NCBI GenBank assembly: GCA_963713045.1
Contig: CAVQKE010000001.1
Span: 640,001 to 704,000, forward strand
Direction of reading: 5' to 3'
DNA length: 64,000 bases
Origin: an uncultured delta proteobacterium
GTDB lineage: Bacteria > Myxococcota > Myxococcia > Myxococcales > Myxococcaceae
Part shown: in pieces, positions 18,745 to 29,055 of the stretch
How the letters are laid out: each line of letters begins with the position of its first letter
Numbering within the stretch: position 1 is the first letter of the stretch
Translations under genes and position numbers: made by a program
Notes under the pieces: generated by a model
Told to the model about the DNA's origin: nothing
Seen by the model: only the letters and a program-made list of their open reading frames with translations
Databases searched by the model: none

Positions 18745-19523
18745 AAGCCTTGCTGGTGCCGGTGGTGCTTTTCTCCCTCGCCGCCTCAGCTGCCGAGCGC
18801 ACGCCGGTGCTGGTGGAGCTCTTCACCTCGGAAGGCTGCTCGAGCTGTCCGCCGGCCGATGAGGCGCTTCTGACGCTGGGCAAGGAGCAGCCCGTCCCGG
18901 GGGCGGAGATTGTTCCCCTCGAATTGCACGTCGACTACTGGGACCAGCAGGGCTGGGTGGACCCCTTCTCCTTGCCCGAGGCCACCGCGCGCCAGGAGCA
19001 ATATGCCGCGGCCGCGGCGAAGGCCGGGTACAAGGCGCAAGTCTTCACCCCGCAGGTGGTGGTGGACGGAACGCGCTCCTTTGTCGACAGCAGCCCTGAG
19101 CTGGTCCGGGGTGCCGTGGAAAAGGCCACTGCCCTTCCGACGCGGCCGATTCGGGCCGACCTCCGGCCCGTCCCGGGCGGAGTGGACGTCGAGTTGCACG
19201 TCGGCCCTGGAGAGGACCGGCCCGCCGCGCTGTGGGTTGTCCTAACCGAATCTGGACTCTCCTCGCGCGTCACGCGCGGGGAGAACGCCGGGAAGACGCT
19301 GGTCCATGCGCCGGTGGTGCGTCACTTGGAGCAGGTGGCCGCCGTTCCCGGCGCCGGTTGGACGGGAACGGTGCGTTTGGTGTTTGGGCGCACCTGGCGC
19401 CGCCAGGCGCTGACGGTGGTGGCCTTTGCCCAGGACCGCGCCAGTGGGCGGGTGGTGGCCATTGGTACCGCCCCGGTGCCTCCCCCGGCGGTCAGCGCTG
19501 AGCCGACGGCCGCACACAATTAG
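18741..19523 (+). CDS. Secreted DUF1223 thioredoxin-like protein
   Basis: Signal peptide, VELFTSEGCSSCPPAD, HVDYWD...WVDPFS, FTPQVVVDG, RGENAG. Confidence 0.9.
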   Translation: MKALLVPVVLFSLAASAAERTPVLVELFTSEGCSSCPPADEALLTLGKEQPVPGAEIVPLELHVDYWDQQGWVDPFSLPEATARQEQYAAAAAKAGYKAQVFTPQVVVDGTRSFVDSSPELVRGAVEKATALPTRPIRADLRPVPGGVDVELHVGPGEDRPAALWVVLTESGLSSRVTRGENAGKTLVHAPVVRHLEQVAAVPGAGWTGTVRLVFGRTWRRQALTVVAFAQDRASGRVVAIGTAPVPPPAVSAEPTAAHN

Positions 19524-19607
19524 CGAGGCGGTTTTTCGTCCACCGCTGAGGGGTGACGGCCCCCGGTGCGCATTGCGCAAGACAGCAAGCTGCATTAGCC
19601 GTTCAGC

Positions 19608-21416
19608 TTGGACACCGCACTGCAGCGCTTTCGTCTCGCCTCCATTCGCGCAAGCTTCCGCCACACCCGGGCGACGGTGGCCCTGGTGTGGCAGTCCTCT
19701 CCGCGGCTGACGCTGCTGCTCGGCGCATTGACGCTGTTCGGCGCAGCTGTCCCCTTGGCCATTGCTTGGGTCGGAAAGGCCATCGTCGACAACGCTGTCG
19801 CGCACGCCCGTGAGGCGACGCTGCGGTGGGTGGCTGTGGAGCTGGGCCTGGTGGTGGTCCAAGCGGCAGTCCTTCGCGGTCTCGGGCTGGTGCGGGGGTT
19901 ACTTGGGGCTCGGCTCGGCCTCGACATCAACGTCCGCATTCTCGAGAAGGCGCTGACCTTGGAGCTGCGCCACTTCGAGGACCCTGACTTCTACGACCGC
20001 CTAACGCGCGCCCGCCGCGAAGCGTCGGTCCGCCCCATTTCGGTGGTGACGGAGAGCTTTCAACTCGTCCAAAACGTTCTGACCCTGTTGGGGTACGCCG
20101 GGCTTTTGGTGTCTTTTTCCCCGTGGGCGGTGCTGGGGCTTTTGCTGGCGGCCCTGCCCGCGACCCTGGCCGAGATGCGCTTCAGCCAGCAGGCCTTCCG
20201 GTTGCGAAACTGGCGCTCGCCGGACAGCCGCCGGTTGCTCTACCTCGAGTACGTCCTCGCCAACGACGACCACGCCAAGGAAGTGAAACTGTTTGGGCTT
20301 GGACCGATGTTGCTGGCGCGCTACCGCAGCCTTGGCGAGACCTTTTACCGGGAGGACCGCCAGCTGTCGCTGCGCCGGGCACTGTGGGGCTACGCGTTAA
20401 GTTTGGTGGGGACGCTGACCTTCTACGGCTGTTACGCGGTGGTGGCGGTGGCCGCAGCCACCGGACGGCTGACGCTGGGCTTGATGACGCTGTATGTGGT
20501 GGCCTTCCGGCAAGGGCAACAGGCCTTCCAGAGCATCCTCACCGCGGTCGGTGGCATGTACGAGGACAACCTCTACATGTCCAACCTGTTTGAGTACCTG
20601 GCCATCCCCACCGGGCGTCCGGCGGCCGCCCCAGCGCTGGTGGCCACCGCCACCGCGGGCGAGCAGGGCATCCGCTTCGAGGACGTTGGCTTCCGTTACC
20701 CGGACGCCGAGGGCTGGGCGCTTCGGCACGTGAGCCTCTTCATCCCACGGGGTCAAAGCCTGGCGCTGGTGGGGCAAAATGGCGCCGGGAAGACGACGTT
20801 CATCAAGCTGCTCACCCGCCTTTACGCCCCCACCGAAGGCCGGATTCTCCTGGACGGGGTGGACCTGGCGAGCTGGGACGAAGCCGTTCTGCGTGGACGG
20901 CTGGGCGTTATTTTTCAGGACTTCAACCAGTACCAGTTTCGCTTTCGCGAGAACGTCGGCGTGGGCAGCGTGGAACACCTGGAAGACTCGGCCCGGGTGC
21001 AGCGGGCGGTGGAAGAAGGCGGCGCCACCGAGGTGCTCTCCGGCCTGTCCGCCGGCCTCGAGACACCCCTCGGCCGCTGGTTCAAAGACGGCACCGAATT
21101 GTCCGGCGGCCAGTGGCAAAAGGTGGCCCTGGCCCGCGCCTTCATGCGCGAGGAGGCCGATATTCTTGTGCTGGACGAGCCCACCGCGGCCCTGGACGCC
21201 GAAGCAGAGCACGCCATTTTTCAGCGCTTCCGGGAGCTCGCGCGGGGACGGACAACTCTCCTCATCTCACACCGCTTTTCCACGGTGCGGATGGCGGACC
21301 GCATCGTCGTCATTGAAAACGGCCAGCTGGTGGAGCAGGGCACCCATGCCGAACTGATGGCCCTGGGTGGCCGGTACGCCCACCTCTTCACCCTGCAAGC
21401 GAAGGGCTACCAATGA
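19608..21416 (+). CDS. ABC exporter, fused permease/ATP-binding (MdlB-like)
   Basis: 6 TM segments, Walker A GQNGAGKT, LSGGQWQK, ILVLDEPT, ISHRFST. Confidence 0.95.
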   Translation: MDTALQRFRLASIRASFRHTRATVALVWQSSPRLTLLLGALTLFGAAVPLAIAWVGKAIVDNAVAHAREATLRWVAVELGLVVVQAAVLRGLGLVRGLLGARLGLDINVRILEKALTLELRHFEDPDFYDRLTRARREASVRPISVVTESFQLVQNVLTLLGYAGLLVSFSPWAVLGLLLAALPATLAEMRFSQQAFRLRNWRSPDSRRLLYLEYVLANDDHAKEVKLFGLGPMLLARYRSLGETFYREDRQLSLRRALWGYALSLVGTLTFYGCYAVVAVAAATGRLTLGLMTLYVVAFRQGQQAFQSILTAVGGMYEDNLYMSNLFEYLAIPTGRPAAAPALVATATAGEQGIRFEDVGFRYPDAEGWALRHVSLFIPRGQSLALVGQNGAGKTTFIKLLTRLYAPTEGRILLDGVDLASWDEAVLRGRLGVIFQDFNQYQFRFRENVGVGSVEHLEDSARVQRAVEEGGATEVLSGLSAGLETPLGRWFKDGTELSGGQWQKVALARAFMREEADILVLDEPTAALDAEAEHAIFQRFRELARGRTTLLISHRFSTVRMADRIVVIENGQLVEQGTHAELMALGGRYAHLFTLQAKGYQ

Positions 21417-21525
21417 GACCCCCTTTCCGCCCCGGGAAAAGCGCTGAGGGTGCACCGAGGAGCAGGCTTCCCTATGCTGCGCCGCCGCTGTCCGTCAGTC
21501 GCCCTTTCGAGGAGGGACGTCACCC

Positions 21526-21870
21526 ATGGATGCGCCCAAATGGTCTGAGTTGGAGCCTCCCGGAGGCAACGCACTGGAGCCCTTTCAGCCAGGGGTTCCG
21601 GCGAGGGATAGCCCGATGGCGGTGGTCAGCCTTGCCAGCGGCATCCTCTGCTGGTTTGCCCTCCCCCTCATCGGTGCCGTGGTGGCGGTGGTGACGGGCC
21701 TCAGCGCCCGACGGGAAATTCGCGCCTCCCAGGGGGCGGTCGGCGGCTGGACCATGGCCAGCGTGGGGCTTTGGCTGGGCGTCGCCCACCTCATCCTGGT
21801 GGCGCTGGCGGTGCTGTTGGCAATCGGCCTCATCCTGGCCGGCGTTGGATTCCTCTGGTTCAACCGTTGA
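21526..21870 (+). CDS. DUF4190 membrane protein
   Basis: SD GGAGGG; MAVVSLASGIL...ARREIRAS...G.TMASVGLWLG. Confidence 0.8.
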   Translation: MDAPKWSELEPPGGNALEPFQPGVPARDSPMAVVSLASGILCWFALPLIGAVVAVVTGLSARREIRASQGAVGGWTMASVGLWLGVAHLILVALAVLLAIGLILAGVGFLWFNR

Positions 21871-22014
21871 GGGTGCCGTCCGAGACGGCAGGAGACTGAC
21901 CCAGGGCGTCCGGGCCGACCCAGGCCCCTTCCGCCAAGCCCACGGGATTCCGAGGCGATGGCCCGCGGCGCGGCGCTTGCTCTGCCCCAGCGGTGGAGGC
22001 GCCTTCCCCCGTCC

Positions 22015-22425
22015 ATGGCCGCAGCCGTCCAGTGCGCAGAATGTCGTACCGCCAACCGGGCTGGCCTCTTGTTTTGTGTCGTCTGCGGTCGCCGCCTTCC
22101 CCGCATGGAATTTCCCCCGGACCGCGTGACGGCACTCGCCTGGCCCGGGCCCGAAGTCCGAGAGGTGTCCCCTCCGGCCAGGCGGGGTGCGTTGGAGTGG
22201 GCCAGTTTGGTTGCGGCGCTCCTCGGCTGGACGCTGTTGCCCGTGGTGGGCGCGGCGATGGCGGTGCTGCTTGCGCTGCGTGCGCAGGAGGAGGCGGGGA
22301 CGCGCGGCGGAAACACCGTGCTTCGGGTGGCGCTGTGGCTCGGCGGGACGCAGCTGGTGCTGGCACTGGTGGCCGGCGCGGCGATGGCTGCCGTGGCATT
22401 CACCGCCCTGTTGCGCGCCGGGTGA
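22015..22425 (+). CDS. Zinc-ribbon + DUF4190-like membrane protein
   Basis: CAEC...N...FCVVCG ribbon followed by two TM helices similar to the upstream gene. Confidence 0.7.
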   Translation: MAAAVQCAECRTANRAGLLFCVVCGRRLPRMEFPPDRVTALAWPGPEVREVSPPARRGALEWASLVAALLGWTLLPVVGAAMAVLLALRAQEEAGTRGGNTVLRVALWLGGTQLVLALVAGAAMAAVAFTALLRAG

Positions 22426-22590
22426 GACGCTGTCCGGCTGCGGGCGGCTGTGGCCCCGCAGTGGCTGGGGCGTGGGTGTCCTCCACACAGGGCCGGTGCG
22501 TGCCCCGGGCTGTAGCCTTCAACTTCCGGACGTTTGCAGCCGTCGGCCCGGGGCTGGGGCCGCCCCGAGGGGTGTAGACTTCGCCCGCGC

Positions 22591-24648
22591 TTGAGCGTCT
22601 CCCAGACGTCCACCTGGTTCGGCCGCTACCGGCTCACCTCCCGGATTGCCACCGGTGGGATGGCCGAGGTGTACCTCGGCCGCATGCTGCTGCCTGACGG
22701 GCGCTTCGGCCCCGCCATGGCGGTGAAGCGGCTGCTTCCGCACCTCATCGCGGACCCGGCCATTGTCCGGATGTTCCTCAACGAGGCGGACATCACCCGC
22801 CAAATCCAGCACCCCAACGTGGTGCGCATTCTCGACTTGGGGCAGGTGCATGGCGAGCCCTTCATCGCCATGGAGTTGCTGGAGGGGCACAGCTTTGCCG
22901 AGCTCCGTCAATCGGCCGCGCACGCCGGACTCCGGGTGCCGCTGGGCATTACCCTCCGGGTGCTGACCGAGGCCTGCCGCGGGTTGGACGCGGCCCACCG
23001 TGCGGTGGACGCCAAGGGGCGCGAGTTGCGGATTGTCCACCGCGATTTCACCCCGGACAACATCCACGTCGGCGTCAACGGCGAGGTGAAAGTCATCGAC
23101 TTTGGCATCGCCAAGTCCTCGCGACTTGGCGGTGGCACCGAGCCAGGGACGCTGAAGGGGAAATTCTTCTACATGTCCCCGGAGATGATTGCCGGTCAAC
23201 CGGTCGACCACCGCGCCGACCTCTTCGCCGCCGGCGTCATGCTCTATGAACAGCTGTGTGGGCGCCGGCCCTTCACTGGATTGAATACCGAGGAGGTCCT
23301 GAACCGCATCACCGAGGGCAAGCCCAGGCGCCCCACCGAATTCGACCCCTCGGTACCGCAGCAGCTGGAGTTGGTGTGCCTCACCGCCCTCTCCAAGGAC
23401 CCGGCGCAACGCTTTCCCAGCCTGCAGGAATTCATTCGCGCCATTGAAGACGTGGGCGGTCCGGCCCGGGTGGCGGGCGCCGAGGAAGTCTCAGCCTACG
23501 TCTCCACCATCTTCCCCGCCGAACAGGACCCGAAGCGCATTGCGCTGCGCCGAGCGCGCCTGGCAGACCCGTCCACTCCGGGGCGGCGCGACGAGATTCC
23601 ACTGGACTTGCTTCCGCCGCTGCCGGACAGCCAACCCCCCCGCAAGGTGGTGCCCCCGCGGCCCAAGGGCCCTTCGTTGGGGACGCGCCTCGGCCGTGCC
23701 CTGGGGCGGCTTCTGCGACGCCTCGTCTCCCCGCAGGTGCTGGGGCCGGCGGTGCTGGCCGCAATGGTGCTGGGTGCCGTCGGCTATTGGGTATTCCGGC
23801 CGCAGACGACGCCCGCGGAACGGTTGGAGCGCGCCGAGGCCGGGGGAGAACCTGCGGCGAGAATGCGTGAGTTGGTGGCCATTTCTTCTGACCCCAAGTC
23901 CAGCGTCGACCAGCTGCGCCGGGCTGGCGAGCTGGCGCTGACGCTGCCGGACCACGAGGTGGCGCTGGAGGTGGTGCAGGCCTTCGTCCGCCGCTTCCCG
24001 GCGACGGAGGACGCCTACCTGCAAGAAAGCCGCGCCTTCATTGCCTTGCGGATGGGAAAGCGGGCCGACGCGTCGCTCGACAAGGCCCTGGAGCTCGCAC
24101 CACAGGACTCGCGGCCTGACTTGCTCCGGGCTGACCTCCGGCAGCTTCAAGGGGATGCGCCCGCCACCCTGGAGGCGCTCAACAGCGCCGCGCGCAAGGC
24201 ACCGCAGGACCGCGACGTGGCCCTCCGCCGGGCGCAACTTCTCAGCCAGATGGGGCGCCTGGACGAGGCGGCCCTGCTGCTCAACGGCATCCTCAAGAAG
24301 CGCTTTCAGCCGAGCGCGGCCGCGGAGCTGGGCTTCGTCCGCCTGCGGCAAAACCAGCCGCAGGAGGCCCTTCGTCTGTTGAAGGCGGCGCTCGCGAAGG
24401 ACCCGCAGTTGGCCAAGGCCTACTACTACCTCGGGGCCACCCTCGCCCAGGAAGGCGACCCGGCGGGCGCCGAGCGCGCCTACAAAGAAGCCGACCGCCT
24501 GGACCCAGCCGATGCCCGTCCGCTGGCGGCCTTGTGTTTGGCACAAGCCCGCGCCGGGAAAATGGCCGAGCGCGACGCCATCCAGAAGGATTTGGCAACG
24601 CGCTTTCCGGAGCAGGCGCCGCACCTGATTGCCGAATGCCAGCCCTGA
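22591..24648 (+). CDS. Ser/Thr protein kinase with TM segment and C-terminal TPR domain
   Basis: IATGGMAEVY, AVKR, HRDFTPDN, DFGIAK, GKFFYMSPE; TM; TPRs; TTG start inferred. Confidence 0.92.
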   Translation: MSVSQTSTWFGRYRLTSRIATGGMAEVYLGRMLLPDGRFGPAMAVKRLLPHLIADPAIVRMFLNEADITRQIQHPNVVRILDLGQVHGEPFIAMELLEGHSFAELRQSAAHAGLRVPLGITLRVLTEACRGLDAAHRAVDAKGRELRIVHRDFTPDNIHVGVNGEVKVIDFGIAKSSRLGGGTEPGTLKGKFFYMSPEMIAGQPVDHRADLFAAGVMLYEQLCGRRPFTGLNTEEVLNRITEGKPRRPTEFDPSVPQQLELVCLTALSKDPAQRFPSLQEFIRAIEDVGGPARVAGAEEVSAYVSTIFPAEQDPKRIALRRARLADPSTPGRRDEIPLDLLPPLPDSQPPRKVVPPRPKGPSLGTRLGRALGRLLRRLVSPQVLGPAVLAAMVLGAVGYWVFRPQTTPAERLERAEAGGEPAARMRELVAISSDPKSSVDQLRRAGELALTLPDHEVALEVVQAFVRRFPATEDAYLQESRAFIALRMGKRADASLDKALELAPQDSRPDLLRADLRQLQGDAPATLEALNSAARKAPQDRDVALRRAQLLSQMGRLDEAALLLNGILKKRFQPSAAAELGFVRLRQNQPQEALRLLKAALAKDPQLAKAYYYLGATLAQEGDPAGAERAYKEADRLDPADARPLAALCLAQARAGKMAERDAIQKDLATRFPEQAPHLIAECQP

Positions 24649-25406
24649 AACGCCTCATCATCAACGCGGATGACTTGGGCTACGACCCAGCGGTGAACGC
24701 CGGGCTGCTGCGCTCGATGCGTGCCGGCGTGGTGACCTCCGCCACCCTGTTGGTGAATACCCCCTTTAGCCAAGCGGGCGCCGCGGCGGCGGACGGCCTG
24801 GCCGTCGGCCTCCACCTCAACCTCGCGCGCGGCCGTCCAGTCAGCGCTGCCTTTCCCAAGAAGCTTCTCGCGGAGGGGGCTTTCGCCGAGGGCCGCGCCG
24901 ACCAGCTTCCCAGCTGGGTGGTGGAGGCCGAGACAAACGCTCAGCTGAAGCTGGCCGAGCAGCTGCTGGGCCGCCGGCCCACCCACCTCGACGTCCACAA
25001 ACACCTGCACCGTCACGGGGCGGTGCTGGCCGGCGTGGCCGCCGCCGCAGCGGCATGGGGGCTGCCGGTGCGGGCGCTGGACGGGCCGATGCGCGCGGCC
25101 CTGCATGGCCTGGGCATCTGCAGCCCGGAGCACTTTGTGGGTGAGGCGGGAAGCGAGGCGTATTGGACGTTGTCGCGGTTGTTGGGCGCCGTGGAAGGGC
25201 TGCGCCCGGGCACCACCGAGTGGATGTGCCACCCGGGCGAGACACCGAGTCACGTCCAGTCCGGGTATGCCGCCCAGCGTCAGGTGGAACTGGACACTTT
25301 CACCTCGCCGGAGGCACGCGCGGCGCTGGAGCGCGCTGGGGTGGTGCTGACCGACTTTCGCGCCTTGTTGCCCAAATCTGCTTCAGCCGGGCGGGGCGTC
25401 CAGTAG
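24636..25406 (+). CDS. YdjC/ChbG/HpnK family carbohydrate deacetylase
   Basis: LIINADDLG, VGLHLNL, PTHLDVHKHLH, EWMCHPG. Confidence 0.9.
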   Translation: MPALKRLIINADDLGYDPAVNAGLLRSMRAGVVTSATLLVNTPFSQAGAAAADGLAVGLHLNLARGRPVSAAFPKKLLAEGAFAEGRADQLPSWVVEAETNAQLKLAEQLLGRRPTHLDVHKHLHRHGAVLAGVAAAAAAWGLPVRALDGPMRAALHGLGICSPEHFVGEAGSEAYWTLSRLLGAVEGLRPGTTEWMCHPGETPSHVQSGYAAQRQVELDTFTSPEARAALERAGVVLTDFRALLPKSASAGRGVQ

Positions 25407-25916
25407 CCGGTACAGGAGGATGGTGGCGTCCAGCTTTCCATTCTCGCTGCGGACGTAGGCTGGAATGCGCCCCGCCCGGAGGTACCCCGCCTGAAGGTAC
25501 AGCTGCTCGGCCACGTCCCCTTCGCGCGTGTCCAGGTAAAGCAGGGTGCGGCCGTGGCTTTTCGCCAGCTGCTCCACTTCTTGGAGGAGGAGGCGGCCAA
25601 CGCCCTGGCGGCGGGCGCGGGTGTGGACCAACAGCTTGGTGATTTCCGCCCGGTGACGCGCATTGGGCTTCTGGGCGAGTTCCAGCTGCACCGTGCCCAC
25701 CAGGACACCGTCCCGTTCGGCCAGCAATAGCTCCCGCCGTCCGTGCGCCAACGCGGCTTCGACCTCAGCCCAGTAGGCGCTCGCTTCCGCTTCGCTCAGC
25801 GGGGGGAGGAAGCCGACGGAAGCGCCGGCCGCGACCACGTCCAGCAGGAGCTCCGTCAGCGCCTTCTTCTGTTCCGCCAGCCGGTGGGGGCTGGCGCGTA
25901 TCAGTTGGACGGTCAT
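25383..25916 (-). CDS. GNAT acetyltransferase (TTR-like)
   Basis: [37 protein letters not shown]. Confidence 0.9.
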   Translation of the reverse strand: MTVQLIRASPHRLAEQKKALTELLLDVVAAGASVGFLPPLSEAEASAYWAEVEAALAHGRRELLLAERDGVLVGTVQLELAQKPNARHRAEITKLLVHTRARRQGVGRLLLQEVEQLAKSHGRTLLYLDTREGDVAEQLYLQAGYLRAGRIPAYVRSENGKLDATILLYRLLDAPPG

Positions 25917-26044
25917 CGCTCACCCTCGACGCCCCGCAGGACGGGCCCGGCCGCGACAGTCTGCCAGTCGGCCGACTCGGCTTCCACGGCCGCCCCAGTT
26001 GCACCGACAGGCCAGCTGCTGTCAAAAACTGGCCTCACCTGGCC

Positions 26045-26422
26045 ATGGCCCCAACCCCCCCGCGCACCCTGGAAACGTTCCCCAACCCGGCTTCCGAGCG
26101 GGACTACGAAATTGCCTTCGACGCCCCGGAATTCACCTGCCTCTGCCCACTCACCGGCCAGCCTGACTTCGCGCGCTTCAAAATTGTATACGTCCCGGAC
26201 AAGAAGTGCGTCGAACTGAAGAGCCTCAAGCTTTACCTGTGGAGCTACCGCAATGAGGGGGCCTTCCACGAGGCCGTCACCAACCGCATCGCGGATGACT
26301 TGCTGAAGGCGTTGGAGCCACGTTCGCTGGTGGTGACGGGCGAGTGGTTTGTCCGGGGGGGCATCGGCACGGTGGTGACGGTGCGTTACCCGGAGGGGCG
26401 GGGGGCTACTCGCTCTTCTTGA
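26045..26422 (+). CDS. queF: NADPH-dependent 7-cyano-7-deazaguanine (preQ0) reductase, unimodular
   Basis: [37 protein letters not shown]. Confidence 0.96.
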   Translation: MAPTPPRTLETFPNPASERDYEIAFDAPEFTCLCPLTGQPDFARFKIVYVPDKKCVELKSLKLYLWSYRNEGAFHEAVTNRIADDLLKALEPRSLVVTGEWFVRGGIGTVVTVRYPEGRGATRSS

Positions 26423-26606
26423 AGAGGTCGTCGGCGCGTTTTTGACTGTCCTGCTCAATTTGCTTCGTCTTCTGCCGCACCTGGTCGAGTTGCTGCTTCG
26501 GCGCGGACGTCTCTCCCCTCGAGGACTCGGCGGTCCCTTGAAGGAGGTAGTAGGCCGCTCCCGCCACCACCAGGAGGCCCAGCAAAAGGGAAAGGAGTCG
26601 AGCCAT
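26406..26606 (-). CDS. Small membrane-anchored coiled-coil protein (66 aa)
   Basis: GGAGG SD 8 nt before ATG; N-terminal TM, then [24 protein letters not shown]. Confidence 0.7.
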   Translation of the reverse strand: MARLLSLLLGLLVVAGAAYYLLQGTAESSRGETSAPKQQLDQVRQKTKQIEQDSQKRADDLFKKSE

Positions 26607-27348
26607 GGAAGACGCCTCCAACGCCAGCATACCTCCGCCGGTGCGCCGCCCAGTGTGGCGCCTCCCGGCGTTGGTGGGGGGCGGGACGCTGCTCCTGCTG
26701 GCCGCCTTCCTCGCCGTCCTCTCTGTGGGCAGCCGACGCACCCCGACGCCGGACGTCCCCCTCATCGTCGAGCGGATGCAGGAGGTGGCCCGCCTCGAGA
26801 CGATGGATGTCAGCGTCTATAAGAAGGTGGGCTACGCCCCCCAGCCGGTGCCCACCGGCCGTGTGTGGGAGGACGTTTACCTGTGGGCCAAGTCGGCCCT
26901 GTGGCCAAGCCACGGACGCGCCATTGTGTTTGGGACGGTGCACGTTGGCCTCGACCTGGCGCAACTGGACGCCCACGCGCTCGCCGTCGATGACGGCACG
27001 GTGGAGGTACGACTTCCGCCGCTGCAGACGCGCGCCGAGGTGCGCCCAGCGGAGATAGAAGTCATCCAAAGCAACCTGGACTCGGCGCAGACCGCCCAGC
27101 TGCTGGAGCTCGCCCGGGTGGCCTTTGAGGAGGAGGCGCGCGCCGATGCGGGCCTTCAGGCGCGGGCCCGTGGGTCCGCCGAGCGGGCGCTGCGCGGGCT
27201 GCTGTTGTCGCTCGGGTTTCGACAGGTGCGCTTCGTCTCGGCCTTCCCCGGCACTGGCCAAGGCGAAGGGACAGGCCGTCCGCAGAGGCGGCTTGGGAAA
27301 CGGCTAGTGGCCAGAGGCCCAGCCGCTGTACACACCCCCCAGCCATGA
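26605..27348 (+). CDS. DUF4230 domain protein
   Basis: N-terminal TM, EVARLET, GTVHVGLDL, VRLPP, LLSLGF; start is 26605 or GTG 26641. Confidence 0.75.
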   Translation: MEDASNASIPPPVRRPVWRLPALVGGGTLLLLAAFLAVLSVGSRRTPTPDVPLIVERMQEVARLETMDVSVYKKVGYAPQPVPTGRVWEDVYLWAKSALWPSHGRAIVFGTVHVGLDLAQLDAHALAVDDGTVEVRLPPLQTRAEVRPAEIEVIQSNLDSAQTAQLLELARVAFEEEARADAGLQARARGSAERALRGLLLSLGFRQVRFVSAFPGTGQGEGTGRPQRRLGKRLVARGPAAVHTPQP

Positions 27349-28355
27349 GCCAAAGCACCCTCCGCACCGTCACCCTCATCCCCGGAGATGGGATTGGGCC
27401 CGAAGTGGCCGAGGCCACCCTCCGCGTCCTCGAGGCCCTGCACCTGCCCCTCAGCTTCGAGCGGGCAGACGCCGGGGCTGAGGTGGTCAACAAATACGGC
27501 ACCAACCTGCCCCAGTCGACGGTGGATGCGGTCCTGCGCTCCGGCGTGGCACTGAAGGGGCCCACTGGCACCCTGGTGGGGACGGGCCTCGCCTCAGCCA
27601 ACGTCGCCCTGCGCAAGGCGCTCGATTTGTACGCCTCGATGCGTCCGGTGCGCTCCATCCCGGGATTGAAAACACGCTACGAGAACGTCGACTTGGTGGT
27701 GATGCGGGAGAACACCGAGGACCTCTACGCCGGGCTGGAGCACATCGTCGTGCCGGGAGTGGTGGAGAGCCTGAAAATCATCACCGAGAAAGCCAGCACC
27801 CGCATCGCCGCCTACGCTTTCGAGTATGCACGGACGCACGGCCGGAAACGGGTGACGGCGGTCCACAAGGCCAACATCATGAAGCTGTCCGACGGCCTCT
27901 TCCTCGACTGCTGCCGGAAGGTGGCCCGGGAGTTCCCGGAGATTGGCTACCAGGAAGTCATCGTCGACAACATGTGCATGCAGCTCGTCCGGGGCCCGGA
28001 GCGCTACGACGTTCTGCTCATGGAAAACCTCTACGGCGACATTCTCTCCGACCTCTGCGCCGGACTGGTGGGGGGCCTGGGCGTCGTCGGAGGGGCCAAC
28101 TTCGGCGAACACGTCGCCGTCTTCGAGGCGGTGCACGGCACCGCGCCAGACATTGCCGGCAAGGGACTGGCCAACCCCACCGCCCTGATGATGTCCGCCG
28201 CCCTGATGCTGCGTTACTTGAAGCACGACGAGGCGGCCGGGAGACTCGACCGGGCCTTGGCGAGTGTCTACGCCGAGGGCAGAGTGCGGACCCAGGACTT
28301 GGGTGGCTCTTCCACCTGCCGCGACTTCACCGAAGCTGTCGTCGCCGCCCTCTAG
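27345..28355 (+). CDS. Isocitrate/isopropylmalate dehydrogenase family, probably NAD-dependent isocitrate dehydrogenase
   Basis: [47 protein letters not shown]. Confidence 0.88.
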   Translation: MSQSTLRTVTLIPGDGIGPEVAEATLRVLEALHLPLSFERADAGAEVVNKYGTNLPQSTVDAVLRSGVALKGPTGTLVGTGLASANVALRKALDLYASMRPVRSIPGLKTRYENVDLVVMRENTEDLYAGLEHIVVPGVVESLKIITEKASTRIAAYAFEYARTHGRKRVTAVHKANIMKLSDGLFLDCCRKVAREFPEIGYQEVIVDNMCMQLVRGPERYDVLLMENLYGDILSDLCAGLVGGLGVVGGANFGEHVAVFEAVHGTAPDIAGKGLANPTALMMSAALMLRYLKHDEAAGRLDRALASVYAEGRVRTQDLGGSSTCRDFTEAVVAAL

Positions 28356-28551
28356 CCGCGACGGCGGCGGACGGTCACCGACTCGCCGCCAATTCCCCAA
28401 CTGTCGGTGTCGACCTCCTCGATGACGACCACCGTCGTCTGTGGGTCCTTGCCCAACGTGTCGCGGAGGAGGTCGTCACCCCCCGAATGAGCTCCGCCTT
28501 CTGCAGCGCCGTGACGCCTTCGCGGGTGACTTTGATGTTCACATAGGGCAT
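28352..28551 (-). pseudogene. 4-oxalocrotonate tautomerase family gene with a 1-nt frameshift near 28473
   Basis: MPYVNIKVTREGVTALQKAELIRGVT in one frame continues as DLLRDTLGKDPQTTVVVIEEVDTDSWGIGG in another. Confidence 0.85.
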
Positions 28552-28674
28552 CGCCCTCTCTCCTTTCCCTGCACCTTTCACGAGCGCCAGCGGTGGGGCA
28601 ACACCTTTGCTGCATGCCCGAGCGCCGTCAGCTTGCCACGACTGTCGGGCACGCAGAACTTTGCCCAGACCTCC

Positions 28675-29055
28675 CTAACTGACCGAGACGCGAGCCACCC
28701 CGCGGGCGCGCAGGTAGGCTTCCACCCGCCGACGTTGGTCCCCCTGCAGGACGAGGGCGCCCTCCTCCTCGGCCCCACCGCAACCAAGGCTCCGCTGCAG
28801 CTCCGAAAGCCAGACGAGGCGCTCCGCGGCGGACAGGGTGAGTTGCTCCACCACCGTCACTTCCTTGCCGCGACGGCCCTTTCTTTCAAGGCGCACCACC
28901 GCGCGCGGAGGCGGAGCGCGGGGGTGTGGCGCGGGCGGGGGGCGGGCTGGCTCGCCCACCGGAAGTCCTTCCCGGAGGGACGCGAGGCCGGCCAAGGGGG
29001 TGTGGAAAGCCGCCCCGGGTGAAGGCGGGGCCGGCCGTGGCTTTTTTCGCTTCAC
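28675..29055 (-). CDS. SUI1/YciH translation initiation factor family
   Basis: VRLERKGRRGKEVTVV, LGCGG, LQGDQR. Confidence 0.88.
   Translation of the reverse strand: MKRKKPRPAPPSPGAAFHTPLAGLASLREGLPVGEPARPPPAPHPRAPPPRAVVRLERKGRRGKEVTVVEQLTLSAAERLVWLSELQRSLGCGGAEEEGALVLQGDQRRRVEAYLRARGVARVSVS

Noticed and set aside
25920..26044. preQ1 riboswitch upstream of queF
   Set aside because: No recognisable preQ1 stem or A-rich tail
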